A DNA stretch of 64,000 bases from Octopus vulgaris (Eukaryota), in the NCBI GenBank assembly GCA_951406725.2, contig OX597831.1, positions 83,266,001 to 83,330,000 of the forward strand. Reading direction: 5' to 3'. The stretch's first letter is position 1. Each line of letters opens with the position of its first letter. Made by a program: the position numbers and the translations under genes. The notes under the pieces are model-generated. The model ran no database searches, was not told the origin of the DNA, and saw only the letters and a program-made list of their open reading frames with translations. Below, piece by piece: positions 44,766-58,012 of the stretch.

Positions 44766-45053
44766 CATACAGACAGAGATCTATTTAAAGATGAAATTTG
44801 AAAGAAATACTTTTGACTACGAAAACAGTTGACAGGCCTTCGTCGTGTTATGAAACAATCGTTGAATCTCGCCATGACAAGTTGATTTTATCTATTTTTT
44901 ATAGAAAAAAAAATTTAAAGGACTCCAATATTGATTCCTAACTTTGACCCATGGTCAGAAATTTATAGGAATGAGAGAGGGATAGAGAGGGGAGAAGAGA
45001 GGGATTTAGTCTACCTAATTTATGGATCTTAGTACATTACTGGTGCTTATTTC

Positions 45054-45573
45054 CAGAGGCATACTCAGGTCCTAAGTTAGGGGAAGCGAACAAAAAAAAA
45101 AAAAGGCTCTGTGATACATACAAAACAATTTTTAACCCATTTCTCTTATATTAGTTATAATGAAACGCGTAATTGTATACTACATTCATTAATTTCATGT
45201 TTCAGTAACAATGTCATTACGTTTGACGTCACACCTACTGATACAGGTGTGACGTGAAAAAGATGAAACACCTTCCAGTGTTGGGGTTTTATTTTGAGTC
45301 TTCGGATGTCAGCGGCTACCAACACATCATTGGAAATTGAGCAGAGAGTTGGAAAAAACGGAGGTTGGTCAAATAAAGTAATGGCTCCAGAAAGTTCTTC
45401 CAAGACCATGCGATTAACAAGAAGAAAAAAAAGGAAAAAGAAAAAAAAGACATTTAACTTGTATCGCACAAATGAACCGAAAGAGTGGAAAATAGTTGAA
45501 AAGGCGCCACTTTTGAAAAATTTGCGAGGCAGAAGAGGTCGCTCGCCTCGCTCCGCTATTAGTTACGCCGCTG
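45054..45573. mobile_element. hAT-type MITE inserted in a SINE
   Basis: Perfect 8-bp TSD CTTATTTC (45046-45053, 45574-45581); imperfect TIRs CAGAGGCATACT / TAGTTACGCCGCTG. Confidence 0.85.
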
Positions 45574-48181
45574 CTTATTTCATCGATCCGAGAATGATTA
45601 ACACTGAATTCTGTTGTTTGAAGACTTCAAATATCGAGTAAGGAACAATAGTTTCAGTCGTTAATAATCACGCGAAGCAGACGAAGAGCACAAACCTGAA
45701 ATGAATTTAGTTCAAGGAGGGTTGGCTTTGTCTCTTATCATTCGTGGAGCTGTTCCCTCGGTTATCTTTCCTTGAGGGATCAACTACTGAGGAAGTCGGA
45801 GAAGCACCATTGTGACATGCGGTGGGTCTTGGACGTTTAAAAGCAAGTCTGAAGAAAGCTAATTATTTCTTTCAGAGAAAAAGAGAGAACGAGGAAGAAG
45901 GATCGAACGCATTACTGAAATAGTATTTCATTTATTGTCCACAATGGCATGAAAGCAAAGTTAATTTCAGCTGGATTTGAACGTTGGGAGCCAAAAAGGT
46001 ATCCTTACCAACATTCAACCGCCCCCCATCTCTGATATTCCTTATTGATCCCATACATGTGTGGCCTTGTAGCTAAAGGAAAGTTATTAGAAGTAGAGCA
46101 CCTTCCTAAATGCTTCACAAAAATACTGACTACTTTTTATCCTTCGTAGTGGATCAATAATACCAGTAATATATTGCTTTAGCTTCAACCAGTGGTTTTT
46201 GCCAAAGGCTGCAAATATTGTTCTTATGTCTTACCAAATGAAATTCTCATTTAAAAAAAAAACGCTATTTAGAATTTTTTAATTTAAAGAATTTATAAAA
46301 TTTCAAAATTTAAATACGAATTTAAAAGCTGAATCGATATTTAAACATTTTTATTTAAATTTGATTTTAGATTTCAGTTTTTAGTTTTGAATCAATGAAG
46401 CAAAATTGTTATTTTCTATTTTAATTTTGTATTTGAATTTGAGTTCTGGCGAAATTTTTTTTTTCCAAAGATTATAAACGAATCGATGCCAGCCGCATAG
46501 AATGGTTTTAAACTTCGTGAAAGTCTTCTGACACTGGTTTGTACACTTGACGATATTTAATATATCTGAGGAAGAAAAGTTACTCCTGTGAAGCTTTTCG
46601 TGACTTCCGAGGTTGATGTGGAAAAGAGAGGGAGCTGACCGAAACCTTGGTCCTTAGTGGACCTTGTTCAAATCAGCCCAAAGGTCGGGTAATGGTGTTA
46701 AATTTCGTGACGCATTTCAAACGACCACTTGAGAACACAGGCGGCTCCTTAGACAGTCTTCCACAGTTCCCCCACCTTCATTTCATTTACAGGGCTTTGA
46801 TCGACCCCAGATTATAGTAAAAAACGCTTGTCCACGAGGTCATGCATGTGGATTGAACCTGAAATTTCGCAGTCACGAAGCGAACACTTTTGAAGCACAC
46901 ATCAAGTCCAGACTGACGACAAGAACGTTTCACAGCAGCAAAAGACAGTCATGGATAAACGAGTGAAGAAGAGCAAAGTTCACTACAGCCAGCCGACATT
47001 GGCAGTGGGTAAGTTGAATTCCAGTTTAAATTTCACTTCAGTTATGTCATGTTCACTCCAAAGGATCAACCAGAGACTTACAGTAGGAGGATGTGAGGCT
47101 GTATTTCTTCAACCACTTGCTGTAATAGCTACCTGTTATATATTAGAGCTAACCAGTTCTAACAGCCGCTTGTTACATATCATAGGCAACAGAGATGAAA
47201 TATAGTCTTTAATCTAATAACACACACAAATAATTAAATTATAAGATATAATAATATAATTAAAATAAATAATTAAATACAAAATAATTACGAGGGAGAA
47301 GGTTGTCTCATTTGTCCTATTTATTCGGCGTAAACAGAACTAGGCATCATGATAATTAAGTCACATGACATCATTCCTCCAATCACCGACACTCATTTGT
47401 GTTATTTAAAATGAGTGCTAACATATTTAATAAGGTGATGGAACTTTGGGTAGAATGGGTTAGCAACTTGAGTTGCGATCCGAGTTCAAATCCGGCCGAG
47501 GTCAACTTTGTCGTTCATTCTTCCGTGGTCGATAAATAAAGTGCCAATACGAAAATCAGTTATTCTCTCTCCTTCTCTGTCTCTCTCCCCCTTTCTTTCT
47601 CATCTACCTTCTCTCTCTCACCCATTCTCACAATCTCTTTCTTTCCCAGCCTGTCTCTCTCTGTCTCTCCCCTCTCCGACAGACTCACCCCATTTAGACG
47701 TCATCTGTCACGGCGGAACGCCTTCACGCTTATCAAGAGACTGATAACAAGACAACGCAATGTGATGAGCGAGTTAACTTGAACTAATCAAGTCTGTTTC
47801 TGTTCTGAGAGGAGCTAAATAGCGGAACTATTCTTAAATTAATTGGAAATAAGCAAGAGAGATAGGTTTGAATCGTAATCATCGAGATGAAAGGAAAAGA
47901 AAGATCTTTAGAAAATAGGGTGATAACTCTAGACATGTTTCTGACTTGTTAGACCTCGTCAACGAAGTATAGTCTTTGCCGAGGTTGTTAGTCAGTAATA
48001 AGGAATTATATGACTAATGGCGACAAACAGGTTTGACAACGTAATGTAACGACCACATGACATACTGTTGGTCTCAGAAAAGTCTGCCACAGACGTGAAC
48101 TGTGGTTCATTTATCCCGGGCAGAGGAACCCCGTCCTTAGTCGTTCGACTTGCAGAACATATCAGCTAAACCCCCTTCACA

Positions 48182-48224
<43 letters not shown>

Positions 48225-48225
48225 T

Positions 48226-48264
<39 letters not shown>

Positions 48265-48415
48265 TTGTCTATATATTTTAATACATTCATGTTAAACCAA
48301 AGCTGTTTAAAATAAACAATGCAAGTACATGGTTTTTGGTTTAAAAAATATTTAAAGCATTTATTTCAGACAATGCTTCGTGAAAAGTGCATTCCTCTAT
48401 TATATACATAAAATC

Positions 48416-48456
<41 letters not shown>

Positions 48457-49287
48457 CTGTGTGTGTGCATCTATACATACACGTACACACACAAAGAATA
48501 CAATGGACAAAGTTGTTCCTGATATACAAATGATAAGATGGTCAAGGTTGGAACATCATTCAGTGCTGGTCTGCTTGGTCACATCTAACCTGGGCCTATA
48601 CAATAACGACACACACACACACACACACATCACACATTTTTCCTCGACAAAAGCCTTTATATTTCTATGTTTAACTTTAGATAACTTTCAACAGATTTCT
48701 TCCTCGTTTCTTCTGTTGAACATTGAAAAAGTGTAAATTCAAATTTCATGGAATTTTTATGAATCAGAAATATTGATCCCCACCCCCAGTAGCACTGAAA
48801 ATTGTCTGGCATTGAAATGTTCTCCATTCTTCCATCAATGTGTTAAATCTATAGTGTTAAAACTTACTAATTAGAACAGTCTGCGAATTAAAAAGATACT
48901 TTGTGATTATTTTCAATTAAGTATTAAAGAAACATATCTTTAATTAATTGCGAAGAGATTTGAAATGAGGCAACAGCTTTCGTCGTCTTATTTTCAATAG
49001 AGATTCCGATTTCAGCACGTCTCAGACATTCGATGAAAAAGATCGGAGATGTCTTGCGATGAACTCTTTTGTAGTCTTCAGGCTGGTGCATGTGTGTGTG
49101 AATGTGTGGACATCTGTAAGTGCATGCATGTATGTGTGTGTGTGTGTGTGTTTCTGAGCGTCTCGCACAAAATTCATCACGCATAAGCATACATGAACAT
49201 GCAAGATAAAGCTTATGTTATTTTTATACCTCACTCTCTCTTTCTCTCTCACACACACGCACAAAATATATACAAGTATGTATGAGA

Positions 49288-49331
<44 letters not shown>

Positions 49332-49334
49332 TGC

Positions 49335-49585
49335 CATACTAATACATACACCAACTAATACATACTAATACATACTAATACATACTAATACATACACCAA
49401 CCCTATACATACACACGTCCAGACCTCTCATACGCACTAATACTCTCTCATACACACACACACACACCCTTATACATACTAATACATACTAATACATACA
49501 CCAACCCTATACATACACACGTCCAGACCTCTCATACGCACTAATACTCTCTCATACACACACACACACACACACACACCCTTAT
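49335..49585. repeat. (CATACTAATA)n plus a tandem duplication with about 104-bp period
   Basis: CACCAACCCTATACATACACACGTCCAGACCTCTC occurs near 49395 and 49499. Confidence 0.9.
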
Positions 49586-49687
49586 GTTGGAGCTGGTCAC
49601 TCAACCCTATTATCTCCCCTAATTTCGCTCTCGCGTCTCATGTTTGCTCTTTGACTTCTGGCCGAAATCAGATCGCCATGTTGGTTC

Positions 49688-49881
49688 GTTAGTTACTGCA
49701 CGCATTTTTTTCTCTCCTTCTTTCTGTGTTTTTTTCTCTGTGTGTATCTTTCTGTTGAAGAGCGTAGGCTCGAAACGTTAAAGACTTGTTTTATTTATAT
49801 TTCCTGAGCGCCATACTAATACACTTGTTTGTTTGTTTTCCACCTGCCTTCGTCTTTTGTCTATTTTCATAAAGCTTCCCG

Positions 49882-49931
<50 letters not shown>

Positions 49932-50126
49932 ATAGGGAAAGTTAACGAAAAAGACAACAAAAGACGAAGACAGGTGGTGTACAAAACAAACAGATGTATT
50001 AGTACAACGCTCAGGAATTGAAAAAAGTATTTTACGTTTCGAGCCTATGCTCTTCTACAGAAAGGAACACAGAAAAACCAAGGAAAGAAACAAGGAGAGA
50101 AGAAAAAAATGTGTGTAGTGGCTACC
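49688..50126. repeat. Tail-to-tail pair of Penelope-like terminal repeats around (TA)n
   Basis: 49688-49884 is an imperfect reverse complement of 49932-50126; each carries CTGTWGAAGAGCRTAGGCTCGAAAC. Third partial copy at 50296-50373. Confidence 0.8.
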
Positions 50127-50265
50127 GTTGATCCCGTCATTTCTTATTACACACGAACTTCTCCACTGGACTCTCTATCTACCCTTTACGGATTCTCTTT
50201 TGGACATTTACCCTCCGGCTGCACCTCTCCTACCTACTGATCACTGTGGACTCTACTCTTGATGA

Positions 50266-50296
<31 letters not shown>

Positions 50297-50419
50297 GCGC
50301 CATACTAATACAATTATTTGTTTGTACTCCACTTGCCTTCGTCTTTTGTTTATTTTCGTAAACCTTCCCGTTATATATATATATATATAATTGAGAAAAT
50401 GGAGAGATTTAATAGATAT

Positions 50420-50610
50420 AAATTAAAGTATTTATTAATTAACATTGCTTACAGTTGTTTCAATTTACACCCAATACAAATCACAAACATATAGAATCAT
50501 TTTGAAGATTTTGAGCAAAATCTCATCAAGGCGAAGGGACATTCAGGAAGTTACATGTTGATCGGTTGAGATACTCCAACAGACTAACGAGACGAAAGTG
50601 TGTTTAGTTA

Positions 50611-50649
<39 letters not shown>

Positions 50650-50835
50650 ATGATTTTGTTTAAATGGGATAATAAAACAAAATATATAAAAAATATTAAA
50701 ACATAAAAATAAGTAAAAGCAAATAAATGAATATTAATAAAAATAAATAAAATAACTGAAATAAAATGAAAATAAAAACGTAAGATAAATAAAAATAAAG
50801 CCGTTATAAATATGGACGTTTATTGTTTATGTTAA

Positions 50836-50881
<46 letters not shown>

Positions 50882-51760
50882 AGCGCATGGATGTTTATTA
50901 TCTAAGTTGATTTATGTGTATATGTGTATATGTATGCATGTTAGTAAAAAGTTAATAAAATCAGTTTATTCAGAGATGTGTTTGTTTATTATTGTTTGAA
51001 AATAAGTCAATCTTTAGAGTCATTTATTACAATTAATAGTCATATTTATGTATGTTTATGTACATATATATATAAATGAAAGGCACTGTGGATAATGTTA
51101 ATATTAGACATCAATATTTATATATTATATGTAACGGTCAGATAATAAAATATATAAGAATATTTAAATTTGCGTGTGTATAATAATTTGAAAATAAAAG
51201 TTAACCATTATAGTCTTGTACTGAATAAATAAATATATTTATATTCGTGTGCGTATATTTATTTGAGAATAGAAACTAATCTTTGTAGTCATTCATTTTT
51301 ATTTCTATATTTATGTGTGAGTGAGTGCATGTATTTATATACACGCGTACGTTGAATGCATTTAAGTTTAGGACATTTAAAGATTAAGTGTTATCGATAG
51401 ATTTACACTAATTTAATTTAAAGTCTCATGTACTATATTAGCCGATTAATTAATAAAGATTAATACTCAATATTATTATTAATTGAACTTTTTAGTATTA
51501 TATTATTTATTATATATGTATTATTTATATTATTAATATTTTTTATTTGGTTTTTAAATCAAGTTACACTTACTATATTATGTTTATATCTTTAATATTC
51601 AATTTTATTTTTACTGATTATATTTTCTAAAAACATATTTAGAGGAATGATTACAAGATGAAATTGCCTTTTTTCTGGAATTAAGGAGTTTGTGTTTAGA
51701 TGTTAGGATTTGAAATATTTCTTCGAGACACTGTTCACACACATGGAAGGTTCCGAGTTA
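50420..51760 (-). mobile_element. Penelope-like element 3' end (GIY-YIG C-terminal tail, AT-rich UTR, hammerhead-like motif)
   Basis: Minus strand 51740-51648 translates VCEQCLEEIFQILTSKHKLLNSRKKAISSCNH, resembling the PLE C-terminal CxxCLEE...LLNxR...CxH. Hammerhead-like motif at 50447-50532. Confidence 0.65.
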
Positions 51761-51892
51761 GGTGAAGAATAAATAATAACTCTGATGAGTTATGATTAAC
51801 TACAGCTGTTACAGGCGTGTTTTTTTTTATGAACAAAAGTGCTACATCATGTAAAATCCGTTTACATTAGGTGCATGTAAGTAAGAATTGAT

Positions 51893-52490
51893 AAAAATAG
51901 CAGCCAAAGTACCCCTCTACCTGAATCACACGCCCATTGTACGTAATGTCCTAGATTATCCCTAAAAAGACGGCTTGCTGAAGGTTGGAATGTCTTTGAA
52001 GATGGGTTCGCTGTATCGTCGTTGATTTGTATCTAAATAACAACAAAATTATGGCAAATATCTATATTAACACCTGCACGATTTTCACTACTAAAACAAA
52101 AAAAACTTGGATTTTTTGCATGGAATCAAGTACCCTGAACTCCTAATATGCTGCAGATCCCTTATAATCCCGGGATCATTGGAATTTTTTATTTTTTCGT
52201 TGAATGAATTCCTGTGACCTCCTCATAAAAAAACAAAACCCTCTTTGGGTCCGAAAAATGGGGTAGAGTTAGGTGGAGGCCTCGGAAATTTCGCTCCCAC
52301 CCACATTGATCTTTTCACCCTCACGAGGACCATAATTTTGTTATTATTTAGACTCCAATCAACCCTGATACAGCAAACCTATCATCAAAGACATTCCAAC
52401 CTTCTCCAAACCGTCTTTTTAGGGTTAATCAAGGACATTATGTACAATGGGCGTGTGATTTAGGTAGGGGGTACTTTGGCTGCTATTTTT
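51893..52490. repeat. Imperfect inverted repeat, about 160-bp arms
   Basis: AAAATAGCAGCCAAAGTACCCC...CACACGCCCATTGTAC mirrors GTACAATGGGCGTGTG...GGGGTACTTTGGCTGCTATTTT. Confidence 0.88.
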
Positions 52491-52634
52491 AGCGTGTCGA
52501 GTGACCAGAGAGAGGCTGTTTCATTGGTTCGATTGCGTGATGACTTTTTTTTACACATATATGTATGTATATATATTATCGGCATATATGTATATATATC
52601 ATTGGCACTTATCAAACACGAATTTGGCCATTGT

Positions 52635-52676
<42 letters not shown>

Positions 52677-52970
52677 TTTATACATACGTATATGTACATA
52701 CTTACATCTATACGTATAAATATATGCATATGTGGGCACAGGACGTCACGAAATGTGTACTACAAAAAAATACGAAGTACGAGTACATGAAATATGAACT
52801 ATTTTCTCGAATAACGAAAGACACATATATGCGACGGGCTTCTTTCAGTTTCCATCTACCAAATCTTCTCAGGGTTTTGGTCGGCCCGATACTATAGTAG
52901 AAGACACTCACCCAAATTGCCATGCTGTGGGACTGAACCCGTAACAATGTGATTAGGAAGCAAGCTTCTT

Positions 52971-54966
52971 TATTTCATTAAATTTTCCACAAGGGCAGCA
53001 CACAGAGAGAAGCTTGAGGGCTAGACAGAGACATTAATGGGATGAATGATGATGATATAAGGATGATAAGGATGGGAGAAGACGAAAAGCGCCCGCCGAC
53101 TTTCGCTTCTCTAAAAAATTGTTCTTTTTTTCTTTTTTTTTAAAAACACAATGACGCAATAAACCTCTCACACAGTTCAAAATTAAAAATAAAACACAAA
53201 CACGAGGCAATAATCCTCTCACTTTTTACATTTTTAGTCTCTTTTTGAGGTAATACACCTCTTCAATTTTTCCGCCCGGCCAGGCTCCTCGCTTCATCGA
53301 AGCACCTGGTCCGTTCCGAACTTAAAGGTTTCAACATAAATCTGAAGGAGTCCTTCGGGAAGGAGTTCGTTATCTTCCATTGATCGTTCTCCCATAAGAC
53401 CTCCGCAGCCACCTGCGAAGGCCACTCAGGGTCCTCTGTGTAGGACAGAAGCCCCTCCCACCGGCACTTCCTTTCAATCTTTTTGATTTCATTTTGCAAG
53501 GTTCCTCCCTTGTGGAAGAGGACCAAAAATTCCTCCTCCAGCCAAAGGAGAATCGGGACACACCGGCAGCGTGTCACAACCTGCCGGCAATGTCCCGTTT
53601 TTCTTTTTTCTTTTCTTTTTCCCTTGGGCTGCGGGAGGGTGGTGTTCCCTTGCTGTGTCCAGTAGGTCCTCCTTTTCTCCCGCAGCTCTCGGGTTCTTCG
53701 GTGGGCAACCATTGTTGCCCACCTTTCGCTTTCGTTTTTTCGAGGAGGTTTGCACCTCCTCGACATCCTCCTCCTTCTCTCCCTCCATTGAGGGAGCAGG
53801 GAGTGGTTCCTCTGTTAACTGCTCCAGGATCCTATTTTGGTCCTTGGGGCAGTTTTTCTCGATGTGGTCGGTCTTCAGGCACAGGTGACACTTGGGGGGG
53901 GGGCGTCCCTCGAGCATCACCGGATACCTAGATCCGGCCATCCTCAAAAAATCTGGGAAAACCAGACTTTCGGCTGATTGGGTCCATGGGGTCAACACAG
54001 TATTTGACCCCTCCCAATCAGCCGCAGGTAAAATTTTTACGTTGAGCAGCTTGGTACTGCTACCACCCAGACCCCGCCGAATAGAGTCCTCTATCCACTC
54101 GGGTTCAACTCCAAGCTTTCAATAATTTCTTTCCACAGTAGCTTGGAAGAAACATTATTTCCTTCCCCTCGAGGGGCCGGCTTGCAAAATCGCAAGCTTC
54201 TTTGGGGGAGTCAAATAGCAACCAGACCGTTGCAAATTTGACTCTCCGTGAAATAAATTTAATAGCTGGCATGTATTCTGCCAGCTCTTTCAAAAGTGTG
54301 GCTTTCGTGAAGACGGGTATGGTATCGAGCGACTTTGAATAAGTCTTCAACACCACCGTCTTCCTTTCGAGCTCTTTTAGCCATGATTTGGGAGGTGTTA
54401 ATTCCCACACTAATATTTCCTTTGCAATTTTTTTTTAAAATAAAAAGTTCAAATACAGTTCGTCAATACGTTTTCAAATAAAGAAAGATACACAAAAAAA
54501 GAAAGAAGACACAACAGAAGGGAAGAAAAAATAAAATTAACAGTTCAAATAAAGTTCTTTTTTTTTTAAATAAATGATAGCTGTGAAAAGAGAGTTCAAA
54601 TCCAGGCAAAGAAATAAATTTCCGGCCGAAAGGTACTCCTGGCCAATCCTTTAAATCCACGTGGGCACAAACATTTTCAAATACAATTTCTCACAATTAT
54701 GTGAGACAACACACACGTCTCCACCGCAAGGCAGACAAAAAGCCCCGAATCCAGTAAGGACTCCTTGCCTGTTCAAAAAAGTTAAAACCATCAGACAACC
54801 AATCCTACCGGACTCACAAAGCAAAAAGTCTTACCTTACAGTAGAGCGTCTTTCAGTTCAACTTTCGCCAGCTGCATACCAGCGTGACGACTTTTAACAG
54901 GTGCTGTTTTTGTTCTTTTTTCTTTTTAGGACGGAGCTCAGACCGAGGCTTCCTCTCAGTTCAAAC
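52971..54966 (-). mobile_element. ORF1-only (half-LINE-like) non-LTR element with CCHC zinc knuckle, bounded by a 15-bp TSD
   Basis: Perfect direct repeat GGAAGCAAGCTTCTT at 52956-52970 and 54967-54981 splits a SINE. Frameshifted ORF segments 54410-54105, 53998-53489 (EGRPPPKCHLCLKTDHIEKNC) and 53766-53263. No RT is present; the 3' tail resembles the Tx1 LINE tail. Confidence 0.85.
53229..54428 (-). pseudogene. LINE ORF1/gag-like nucleic-acid-binding protein (CX2CX4HX4C), frameshifted
   Basis: Reconstructed across about three frameshifts: ...PSYCGKKLLK / LGVEPEWIEDSILRG...MLEGRPPPKCHLCLKTDHIEKNCPKD...KKRKRK... / ...EEVYYLKKRLKM*. The layout is typical of Tx1/L1 ORF1. Confidence 0.75.
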
Positions 54967-55573
54967 GGAAGCAAGCTTCTTACCACACACCCATGCTTGC
55001 GCCTATTGTTCATGAAATAAACAAGCGATGGCTAACAATAGCACAACTGCGACGACTGTGTGATTCCAAATCCATGGGATTCCTATCAAATACAGCACAA
55101 TGGTAGAATCGCACATTTCTTCTTTATTTCAACATTACCCGGTAATTTCTTATAGAAATCTCTCACATATATTTTACTCTCCTTAAATATCTTTCTTTGA
55201 TATCGTTTTGCTTTGATTGAATCGTAGATTGTTCTTTGCAAAGGTGATGACTGATCTAAGTTGAGAGAGGAGATGTGATGTTTATACAGACTCCTTTACA
55301 GAACATGAAGGATCAGAAATATCCACCATTTTGTTATTCGTCAACTCCTAGAAGAAACTGGAAGAAGACGAGAGCAGGAATGTTGTCAGAACCAGTTTTT
55401 CCACAGTTCTGGCCTTTTACTTCGCATTTCTATCAAGCGTCCCGAAACATCGCAACCAAAATCAGAGCCCTTCTTTAGTTACCAGCTGGAATAAAACCTC
55501 ATTGAACGATGTATTTTTGCGGTGAATATAGTTTTCGTTGAACTCTGGACGGGTTGTTCTCTAATGATTGCTT

Positions 55574-55623
<50 letters not shown>

Positions 55624-55734
55624 TCCCCGTCTTTGTCTTTCTCCCCCCTCTCTCTGGACAGGTTGCTCTCCGTATCGCAATAATTCTAGCAATTAAAGTT
55701 TGCTCATCTTTAGACCTTTTCATGGAGCTCAAAG

Positions 55735-56275
55735 TGATAATACGCCGCTGTTTTTGACCGAATGCCAAGAAGTAGAAGAACAAATATTCAGGTCTCCCGT
55801 GAGAACCTCCTGACAGACTCTGCATCCAGATGCCAGTCGTGTGAGAGAGCTGGTGAATTTGCTCGGTGGTGGTCCTGACGGATGAATCTTCGAAGATTTT
55901 CCACATTGCCTGAATGCTTATCCTCTTCAACCTCGATCGGCCTTGAAATGCTTGTGTCACTCACAAATCTGTATTCGATCCAAAACAACGTTCGCCAAAA
56001 GCCTCATGAGGTTCTCGGTAGCAGATTTGCCAAACTTCATATAAAATTTAATGCCGGGACTTCGCTTGAATTTGTAAACCATTGTAAAAATTAATGAACC
56101 ACTGGAACACGATGACACAAAATCTCGCTTACTAACTGAAGACGAATAACTAATATGAAACGTATTTGTAAAATGACTAAGTAGGTTTGTTACCAACAGT
56201 CATCAACCGCGCACACATTTCCATTGGACAGAAGAACCAAAAGATTCAAAGTTAGGCCACTTCTTTAGAATATCT
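55735..56275 (-). mobile_element. Mariner transposase N-terminal (HTH) remnant
   Basis: IKFYMKFGKSATE...RIQICE...GRSRLK/EEDKHSG resembles the mariner HTH and RSGRP region; heavily frameshifted. Confidence 0.72.
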
Positions 56276-56822
56276 CGTTAAAAGCCTAGAAATGTATGGA
56301 CTCTTAGTCTCATTTGTGTTCTGCCTTTATCTAGACATGAAGTCTTAAATGATAAAACACTTCGGTTGGCAAATATGATGGACCAAAATATTAGTATTCG
56401 GTAAGTGATAAACAAATACTTGGTTCAATTTTAGGTCGTAGCTAGTTCACAGCACTTACATTGAAAATGCTCGTGAGAAAATCATTAATGACAGCGATTT
56501 TTATATAATCTCAAAACCTGAAAAGATTTTGGAGTGAGTCTGCGAGGAAGTTTTAGTTTTCGATTGAAATCAGCTTACAACACGCATTACCAGAAACAAA
56601 TTGGAATAATGAAAAACGGCTTTGGTTAGATGAAATGTAGAAAAGTAAACCAGTCTCTGGAGTAACAAAGCTTTTTATGCCATACAACTAAACACTTTCA
56701 GTTTTAAAGATCTTAGCGATTCAATGAAAATACAAGCTGTGTTTAGAGATGCGTTAGCTGTTATATGAATGCCTTCCAGGCTTCTAAAAATCAAGAATAT
56801 GAAACATCCTCTTATACATTCA

Positions 56823-56939
<117 letters not shown>

Positions 56940-57182
56940 GAAGCAACCGGCGAGTTATCTATTGATTTTACATTATCATTATTTTTTTTTCTGTGGAAAA
57001 AGTCATAATAAAATTTCCGTCACCAAATATTCTCCTTCACTACTCTGATGTAAGAGTATGAAGATAACACACTCGGATTATTATTGAATTAGCCGTCGCT
57101 TCGCTTTTTTGAAATGTTGCTTTATACTCGTCCTAGGTTTTGGTAAAAAGCAACGCTAAAATCTAATATAATAATAAAAAGT

Positions 57183-57282
<100 letters not shown>

Positions 57283-57932
57283 CATATACATACATATATA
57301 CACACATACATATATATACACATACATATATATACATATACACACACACACATATATATATATATATACATACATATACACATACATATATATATACACA
57401 CACACATATATATATAATTCTTGTGTGACCGTCGTTGGGTGACCGGAAGTGAAACGTTACTAATTACAACACCGAACAATGCTTCCATTGTCGATATTTT
57501 CGTATTTCTCGAATAATTTCCCTTTAGAGTTAGATTTAACAAACACTGTTTGAACTCTTGGTGTTTGCAGCCAGCTTTTGTCGAATAATTCAGATTAGTA
57601 ACTTGAATATATGGCAAACCACCCCAAATACCCGTCTCTGTCTGTCTCTTTCTCTCTCGTTCCCTCTCTCTGTAGAATTGTTCTCATCGTTGTCTTTTAA
57701 CTATTGTTGCTGTTGTCATTATTGTCGTTTATTTATTGCCTCTGTTGAAAGACATTCATACAACATCAGCTTTATTAAAACATCACCAAAACCAAACTGT
57801 CTCAAGATATGAAGCTGTTATTGTTTCCTTTTGACCGTCTCTCTCAGACATATTCATACAATCGATAAGAACCATTCACAGACAACTGTCTTATTAACGA
57901 CCAGTCGAATCCGATAGCGACAATGTGGTTGT

Positions 57933-57933
<1 letters not shown>

Positions 57934-58012
<79 letters not shown>

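Larger units (their letters stand above)
52822..55004 (-). mobile_element. SINE family B copy split by the ORF1-only insertion (pieces 52822-52970 and 54967-55004)
   Basis: Removing 52971-54981 restores ...GGGACTGAACCC...GGAAGCAAGCTTCTTACCACAC..., matching the copy at 18770-18805. Confidence 0.88.

Noticed and set aside
53489-53998. Retroviral/LTR gag or host zinc-knuckle gene
   Set aside because: No LTRs, PBS or pol; the 15-bp TSD and LINE-like tail indicate non-LTR retroposition.
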